A DNA stretch of 64,000 nucleotides from Thermoanaerobaculia bacterium. Lineage in GTDB: Bacteria; Acidobacteriota; Thermoanaerobaculia; Multivoradales; Multivoraceae. The notes beneath the pieces were generated by a model that saw only the letters and a list, made by a program, of their open reading frames with translations, made no database searches and was not told the DNA's origin. The stretch's first letter is position 1. The number at the start of each line of letters is the position of its first letter. Where the stretch lies: assembly GCA_963664405.1 (NCBI GenBank), contig OY761158.1, forward strand, positions 4,704,001 to 4,768,000. Direction: 5' to 3'. Positions 58,112 through 64,000 of the stretch are shown piece after piece. The position numbers and the translations under genes are program-made.

Positions 58112-59302
58112 CTAGCCGCGTCTCAAACGGCGCTTGATAGGTCTAAGCAACAACCCCGCAGCGAAAGCGACTGTCGGGCCGGGATCGGTAGCGTCAAGGG
58201 TCGCCCAGACCCGACGGCCGCGCAGCGAGCGTAGGTGCTCGCCAAGCGATGTCCTGCCCGCAGCTCTGAGATCTCGAAAAGCACGCACCTCGAGCTCCTC
58301 AGAGATCCACTTCACCCCTTCCTCGAAGTCGAGCAGAGGGTTCGCCGCGGCGTCCCACGACCGACAATCACGCCAATAGCAGGTCTCGATGTGCTGGGCT
58401 GCGCACTCCTCGGCTAGCCGTGTCTGGGTCGTGCTGCGAGCGTTGACTTCGATGATCTTGGGGATGTGGTCGCGCGGATCGATTTTGACCTCTACCTCCG
58501 CCAGGCCGCGATGACCGAGCTCGAGCAGCACACCGAGCCCGAGGTCGATGGCGTCCTGGCGACGACGAGAGACGCAGAGCGAGCCCGACCCGCCAAGCAG
58601 CGGATAGCTTCTGAGCTTGTCGTACCCGGCCAGGGCCATCGGTCGGCCGGATCGGTCGATGACGGTGTAAAAGGCATAGAGATCGTTGCCGGGCACCCAT
58701 TCCTGAACCAAGTACCCGGCACCGAATCCGTCGAGTCGTGCCCGAGTCCTGCCGTATTCCTCCTCATCCTCGAAGACCAGCGTCTTGGACCCGAAGGAGC
58801 GCCCGAAATCGCGGCTGAAGAAGGGCTTGGCGATACCGCGATAGCCGATCTCGCCAGCGAAGGCGTCGAGCTCGCAGAGCGAGGGCGAGACCAGGGTGCG
58901 GGGGGCTGGTGTCCCCAGGCTCGTCAACGCCGAGTGAAAGCACGACTTGTCCACCAGAGTACGGACGGTATCGGCCGATCCGACATTGAAGACAAAGCGG
59001 CCTTCGAGTCGAGCACGCGCCTCGGCAAGGAGGAGCACGGATTCGTCACTTGTCGGCACCAGAACCGGCGCCACCGGGTAGCGGTCCGCGGAGGCGAGAA
59101 GGGTCTCGATCGTCGCCTCGTCGTCGCGTTCCCCGCCAGCCACCCGGAGCACCCGCGAGACATGCTTCGAGCGCTGGGCGAGGCTTCGCGGGTGGCGGCT
59201 GAGAAGATCGACGACGACCCCGCGGCGACCCAGCCCACGCACTACACCGATAGCGTTGGTGGAGAGATCGTCGAAGACGATTGCCCTGGGCTCGTCTTGC
59301 AT
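58112..59302 (-). CDS. ATP-grasp carboxylate-amine ligase (D-aspartate-ligase-like)
   Basis: GVVRGLGRRG, VLVPTSDE, DK..F, IAKP, LVQEWVPG, KLRSYP..G, EVEVKID.RD..KIIEVNAR. Confidence 0.85.
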   Translation of the reverse strand: MQDEPRAIVFDDLSTNAIGVVRGLGRRGVVVDLLSRHPRSLAQRSKHVSRVLRVAGGERDDEATIETLLASADRYPVAPVLVPTSDESVLLLAEARARLEGRFVFNVGSADTVRTLVDKSCFHSALTSLGTPAPRTLVSPSLCELDAFAGEIGYRGIAKPFFSRDFGRSFGSKTLVFEDEEEYGRTRARLDGFGAGYLVQEWVPGNDLYAFYTVIDRSGRPMALAGYDKLRSYPLLGGSGSLCVSRRRQDAIDLGLGVLLELGHRGLAEVEVKIDPRDHIPKIIEVNARSTTQTRLAEECAAQHIETCYWRDCRSWDAAANPLLDFEEGVKWISEELEVRAFRDLRAAGRTSLGEHLRSLRGRRVWATLDATDPGPTVAFAAGLLLRPIKRRLRRG

Positions 59303-59471
59303 CTAGTGGACCGTAACACCCAAACGTTTAGCGCCTGAGCGGCCCTCGCGGCCGATCTCTGCGTTACGCTTCCTCGACATAGTCCCCGATATGCCTGCGT
59401 CAGCGCGCCTTGATCTCGACCACGAGTGACTCCCTCAGCCACTAAACGTTCGAGTGTTACGGTCCAACTAG
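59303..59471 (-). mobile_element. Family-B 161-bp hairpin element, copy B4 (arm type 3)
   Basis: CTAG at 59303-59306 and 59468-59471; near-identical to B3 in the opposite orientation. Confidence 0.9.
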
Positions 59472-60451
59472 TCGAGCCGGCCTGGCGGCCATAGCCCGGT
59501 CAAGCGGGCAGCGGTGTGACGATCCCAGCTCCAGTCCTGGGGGCGCGCGCGAACATGTGCTTGGAGCAGGCGCGCGAACTCGCCAACTGCCTCGACTACG
59601 AAGTCGCGCCGACTCTCGGCCGGCGGCGCGATCGCTTCGTGAACCACCAGCCGATATCGCTTCGGTCCCTCCCGCTCCGCGTGCATCGGTAACAAAGTCG
59701 ACCCCTGTCTGTGCGCGAGAGCCGGTGCACCGGTGGCGAAGCCGAGCCTGCGCCCGAAGAGCGGCACCGCGACGCTGCGCCGGCGGCTCATGCGTTCCCC
59801 GGCAATCCATACGCAGCGGTTGTTCTCCAGATGCTGAAAGAGAGCGCGCATGTAGCCGAGGGAGCCGTCCGGGGGAATCACCTCGCGGTCGAGGAGGTAG
59901 CGGACCTCCGCGCGCGCATAGAACGGACTCTGTAGATGAAGGCCGACCCAAGTCACCGGGAAGCTGGCGCCGTGGTCGGCGGCCGTCAGCTGGACCAGAG
60001 GATGACCGGCGCGCTGAAGCGCGACCTTGTCCACCAAGAGGCCACAGAACTCGGTGGCCCAGAGAACGACGCCCCTGCCGCGGGCGAGACCGGCTTCTAC
60101 ATGCTCGAGGCCCTCGACCGAGGTGCGCACGTCCCAGCCACTGCGATGGAGCGCGCGCCACAGCCCCCAGATCTCCTCGACTCGCCGGGTGTGGTAGCGC
60201 TCGGCGAGCTCGAGATAAGAGGTCCCGGGCTCCGGATCGCCTAGGACCTCTTCCATGCGCGCCGCTGTCCGGCGGATTGAGCGGGCGCGGCGCCTCGGCG
60301 ACAGAGCTGACCACCAGCCGGGGATAAGCGTGTCGGCTGAGCGCGGAGTGAGTGCGGTGGCCAGATAGCCACAGGCGAGAATCGCGAGCTTCCTGGCGTC
60401 GACCAGATTGCGGCGTAATTCGCCGCGGATCGAAGCGGATCGCCGAGTCAC
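59468..60451 (-). CDS. LpxL-like (lipid A / lysophospholipid) acyltransferase homologue
   Basis: VEGLEHVEAGLARGRGVVLW, VPLFGR..FATGAPALA, RYRLVV, VRARPQDW.W. Start uncertain. Confidence 0.72.
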   Translation of the reverse strand: MTRRSASIRGELRRNLVDARKLAILACGYLATALTPRSADTLIPGWWSALSPRRRARSIRRTAARMEEVLGDPEPGTSYLELAERYHTRRVEEIWGLWRALHRSGWDVRTSVEGLEHVEAGLARGRGVVLWATEFCGLLVDKVALQRAGHPLVQLTAADHGASFPVTWVGLHLQSPFYARAEVRYLLDREVIPPDGSLGYMRALFQHLENNRCVWIAGERMSRRRSVAVPLFGRRLGFATGAPALAHRQGSTLLPMHAEREGPKRYRLVVHEAIAPPAESRRDFVVEAVGEFARLLQAHVRARPQDWSWDRHTAARLTGLWPPGRLD

Positions 60452-60484
60452 GGAAGAGAGAATACACTCACCACGAGCTCGACG

Positions 60485-61648
60485 ATGACAGCCACCACCC
60501 TCTACAGATGGGTCAAGCGCCGAGTCCGGCGCTCCCTGCTCTCGCCCCTCCTCCGTCCACTCACTGACACCGTCGCGCGCAGCCATCGCGGCCTCGGCAC
60601 GATTCTCATGTACCACCGGATCTCGGCCCCCGGGGACGAAGGCGCCGACTGGGGCAATCGCAGTCTGGCGGTCGATGAAAGCGACTTCGAGAGCCAGGTC
60701 GAATACCTGTCCAGACACTTTCGCTGTATGTCGCTGCCAGAGTGCGTAAGGCTCCTCGCAGCGAGCAAGCTCCCGGAGATGGTCGTGGTCCTGACCTTCG
60801 ATGACGGTTACCGCGACAACCTCGAAAGGGCGGTCCCGGTGCTGGAGAAGTACGACGTACCGGCAACCGTTTATGTTGCCACCGGGCTGGTGGAGGGCAG
60901 CGCCTCTCTCTGGTGGTGCGAGCTCGAAGACGCACTCAATCGGCTCGAAGAGCTAGAAATCGTCCTCGAAGGGCGCACGCACAGGTGGCCGTTGGCCACG
61001 ACTCGGCATCGACGGCGGGCGTTTCGTGAGATCGGCGAGTGGGGGAAAAGCGGCGATCCCGCGGCCTTCGGCGCCCTCATGCAGCGAATCCGCCAAGCCC
61101 TCGCCAGCGCCGATGCCGCTGTCGAGAGTAGCTCGCAGAACGTCCCAGAGCCGTCAGAGCTGATGTTGTCGTGGGACGAGCTCGACACATTGGCGGCGCA
61201 TCCTCTGGTGACGATCGGTGCCCACACCGTGACCCATCCACCGCTGGCGAGACTGTCGGCAGCGGAGGCAGAGCGGGAGCTGCGCGGCTCGAAGCAGGCC
61301 CTCGAAGAGCGGCTCGGGCAGAGCGTCGATCACTTCGCCTATCCCTACGGCGGTCCCGAGCACGTCGGTCGCCGCGAGCTCGAGCTCGCCGCCAGCGTAG
61401 GTTTCAAATCCGCGGTCACCACGGCCGAGAGCCACCTCTCCGCCGACCACGCACGGGAGCTGCACGCTCTGCCCCGCCTCATGGTTCAGTACGGGGACTC
61501 TCCTCGTGATCTCGATTGGCGTCTGAGCGGCCTGCAAGCGGCCCTCCATCGCCTCCCGCTCGCGCCGCGGCGAGTTGGCGCTCCGCCCAGCCCCTCAGCC
61601 AGTCCCAATCGGCGGGGTGACGACGAACCTCGCTCTCGAGGCGAGTAG
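60485..61648 (+). CDS. Polysaccharide deacetylase (CE4/NodB family)
   Basis: ILMYHRI, LTFDDGYRDN, IGAHTVTHP.L, FAYPYG, LPR. Confidence 0.92.
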   Translation: MTATTLYRWVKRRVRRSLLSPLLRPLTDTVARSHRGLGTILMYHRISAPGDEGADWGNRSLAVDESDFESQVEYLSRHFRCMSLPECVRLLAASKLPEMVVVLTFDDGYRDNLERAVPVLEKYDVPATVYVATGLVEGSASLWWCELEDALNRLEELEIVLEGRTHRWPLATTRHRRRAFREIGEWGKSGDPAAFGALMQRIRQALASADAAVESSSQNVPEPSELMLSWDELDTLAAHPLVTIGAHTVTHPPLARLSAAEAERELRGSKQALEERLGQSVDHFAYPYGGPEHVGRRELELAASVGFKSAVTTAESHLSADHARELHALPRLMVQYGDSPRDLDWRLSGLQAALHRLPLAPRRVGAPPSPSASPNRRGDDEPRSRGE

Positions 61649-62511
61649 AGAAGTGATGGACCGCGCTCTCCACCCAGGCTCTCTTACCCGCGGAGCGCTC
61701 GCCGAAGAAAGCCTCCTCGATGAGGATCCGGTAATGCGCACGAGCGAGCCGTTCGACGTGAACCACCAAGAGCGGAGCGCCGGCAGAAAATGCCAGCGAC
61801 GGCGCGCCGGTCGGGTACAGCCGCTCGCGCCCGAAAAGGGTCGCGGCAACCGGGCGCCGGCCCGGTGCGTTCTCACCATAAATCCAGACGCATCGATTTT
61901 CCGTCAGCCGACGCTTCAGGACCCGCAGATACTCCATCGCTCCACCCTCCCCCATCACCACGCGCTCACCGACGTAGCGGCTCTCGGCCCGCACCCGCGC
62001 CGGCGCAATGTAGCGCCGGCCGACTCGGGTAGGGGGCATGGGCAGGTTGTGAGTGGGGCCGCTGAGATGAACCAGGTCGACGCCCGCGCGAGAGAGGCCG
62101 ACCTTGACAACGACAGTGCCGCACAAGGAGGTTCCCCACAAGACAACTCCCTTGCCCTGCGCCAAAGCGGCATCGAGATGCTCGCGGCCCGCAATTTCGA
62201 CTTCGGCATTCCAGCCGCGTCTACGAAGCGCCCGCCGTTCCCCCCCAACGCTCCTCGAGCTTCCGCCGTTGATGGACGCGAGCGAGCTCCGCGGCGCGGG
62301 TCGCATCGGTGCTGGGTCCGAGTAGCTGCCGCATCGTCTCGGCGACAAGCGCGCGTGTCTCTGGGCCATCGCCGAAGCCCAGGGCTGCCAGCCCGCCGAC
62401 CACCAAGCCATCTAGAGATCGGGGAAGGATCGCCGCCATGCAGCTTCCCGCGCCCGCGATCGCAAGCAGTTTCAGGTCATGAGCCGAGGCCCAGGGCTCT
62501 TGGTCGGGCAT
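61479..62511 (-). pseudogene. Second LpxL-like acyltransferase, split by a frameshift in a G7 run
   Basis: The 62511-start ORF reads ..LEERWG and the next frame reads ERRALRRRGW..GREHLDAALAQGKGVVLW, collinear with the paralogue (VEEIWGLWRALHRSGW). The C7 run is at 62240-62246. Confidence 0.78.
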
Positions 62512-62538
62512 GGGAGAGGGTGCGCTCCTCGATCCCGG

Positions 62539-63696
62539 TCAGCTGTCGAGGAGAGCTCTGTAGATGGCTACCAGGCCGTCGGTCTTTACTTCGAGATCGT
62601 AACTCATCATGACCGCCTGGCGGGCGGCGTGGCCCAGGTGGTGCCAAGTCTCAAGATCGCCGAGGATGGTGGAGATCGCTTCGGCCAGCTCGCCGACATG
62701 ATCAGCGGGAACGAGGATTCCGCTGTGTCGGTCGTCGATGAGCTCAGCGCTTCCACCCACATCGGAAGCGATACACGGCAGACCCACGGCCATCGCTTCG
62801 AGAAGAGCAAGCGGAAGGCCCTCCGAGCGCGACGGCAGAACGAAAGCATCGTCCGCCTGCAGGAACGGCAGCACGTTATCGACCGGGCCCCGGTAGTCGA
62901 GCCTTGTTGACTCGAGGCCCTCTTCGTCGAAGATCTGCGCCAGAGAGCCGGAACCGAGGACGAGCAGTGTCGCGCGAGGTAGGCGCAGACGGACCTCGTT
63001 CCAGGCCTCGACCAGAACGTCGACGCCCTTGACGTGCTCGAAACGGCCGACGAAGACCGCGATAGGGCCGTCCGCCGGTAGGCCGAGCTCCCCGCGCAGT
63101 TTGGCGATCTCGCTCGGGCCACCGGCCGGCGTAAAGCGATGACTGTCGACGGCGTTGGCCAGGCGAACGATCTTCGACTCTTCGACGCCGAGCTCGACCA
63201 GCTCCGAGGAGATCGACGAGCTGATGGCGATGAAGCGATCGACGTGATTGACGATGTCGGTCAATCGCCGCCTGCCGAAGGGCTTGCGCAGCAGCCTGCT
63301 GACATCACCCAGCTCTCCCCTGGCGTGGAGCTCGGCGACGACGGGCACCTGCCAGCGCCTCTTCGCCAACAGGGCGAGGCTCGTGGTCGAGAAGAGCTCG
63401 TGACTGTGGATGAGCGACGGCCGAGGCTCGAGGCTCGCCAGAGCCCGACTCCCTCCCCAGAGAAAGCGTAGCGAAGAAGCGAGTCCGGTCTCGCCCGCTC
63501 TGATGCGGTGGACCGGCACACCCTCGACCCTCTCTGTGCCGGGCTCGGAGCCGAGACTGCGGGTCAACACCTCCACGCCGACGCCGCGATCGAGCAAGCG
63601 GGGGCAGACCATCGCCAGTTGACGCTGGATGCCCCCGACCTCCGGGTAGTACCCGTGGCTGATGTGCAGCACATGGGGGCCACTTTCAGTGGGCAT
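62539..63696 (-). CDS. Glycosyltransferase family 4
   Basis: YYPEVGG, NAVD..F, FVGRF..KGVD, PSRSEGLPLALLEAMA.G. Confidence 0.92.
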   Translation of the reverse strand: MPTESGPHVLHISHGYYPEVGGIQRQLAMVCPRLLDRGVGVEVLTRSLGSEPGTERVEGVPVHRIRAGETGLASSLRFLWGGSRALASLEPRPSLIHSHELFSTTSLALLAKRRWQVPVVAELHARGELGDVSRLLRKPFGRRRLTDIVNHVDRFIAISSSISSELVELGVEESKIVRLANAVDSHRFTPAGGPSEIAKLRGELGLPADGPIAVFVGRFEHVKGVDVLVEAWNEVRLRLPRATLLVLGSGSLAQIFDEEGLESTRLDYRGPVDNVLPFLQADDAFVLPSRSEGLPLALLEAMAVGLPCIASDVGGSAELIDDRHSGILVPADHVGELAEAISTILGDLETWHHLGHAARQAVMMSYDLEVKTDGLVAIYRALLDS

Positions 63697-64000
63697 CGGA
63701 AAGAACATCCGCGTAGAGTGCCAGCAGCTTCTCGACCCACTCCCGGGGTCGGGCGTTGGCAGCGACTCGCCGGCGAGCAGCCTGCCCCGCTTGTCGGCGC
63801 CGCTCTGGGTCGTCGAGTAATCGGACGACCGCAGCCGCGATCGCCTCGGGCGAGCCCGGCGCCACCAGCGCGCCGCACTCGGGGCCAATCAGCTGGGGCA
63901 GGTCTCCGGTCGTCGTGGCCACTACCGGCAGGCCGGCCGCCATCGCCTCGAGGACCGCAAGAGGCATGCCCTCGCTTCGAGACGAAGAGACGAAGACGTC
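63686..64000 (-). CDS. Glycosyltransferase family 4, C-terminal part (runs off the window)
   Basis: DVFVSSSRSEGMPLAVLEAMAAGLPVVAT. Confidence 0.88.
   Translation of the reverse strand, partial: DVFVSSSRSEGMPLAVLEAMAAGLPVVATTTGDLPQLIGPECGALVAPGSPEAIAAAVVRLLDDPERRRQAGQAARRRVAANARPREWVEKLLALYADVLSDAH

Overview
High-GC bacterial chromosomal window, most consistent with an Acidobacteriota (Thermoanaerobaculia-like) genome. This is inferred from the PadR + duplicated-orphan-permease pair, the 'RLESWKEVASYL' HTH-TPR protein, the many sulfatases and PQQ-like propellers, and the C-terminal domain of the FG-GAP protein. It holds about 55 genes: acyl-CoA ligases, a BadH/BadI-like pair, a Co-type nitrile hydratase operon, three sulfatases, a GH3, a MacAB-like ABC exporter, four toxin-antitoxin-like pairs, a complete 2005-bp ISAzo13-family element, part of a surface-polysaccharide locus, and many gene fragments. 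No rRNA, tRNA or CRISPR array was seen. The most unusual signals are non-coding. (1) Four 158-161 bp CTAG-flanked rod-like hairpin elements have three unrelated sets of arms but share one covarying central core, with G-T wobbles all favouring the same strand. (2) A second CTAG-bounded ~125-bp repeat family carries a covarying GNA/GNA internal-loop hairpin, and one copy hosts a nested element of the first family. (3) A stand-alone promoter-to-terminator unit at ~13.35-13.67 kb has a 16/17 match to the complement of the 16S rRNA 3' end, a 13-codon ORF and mutually exclusive hairpins. All coordinates and alignments were made by eye, and no database searches were run.
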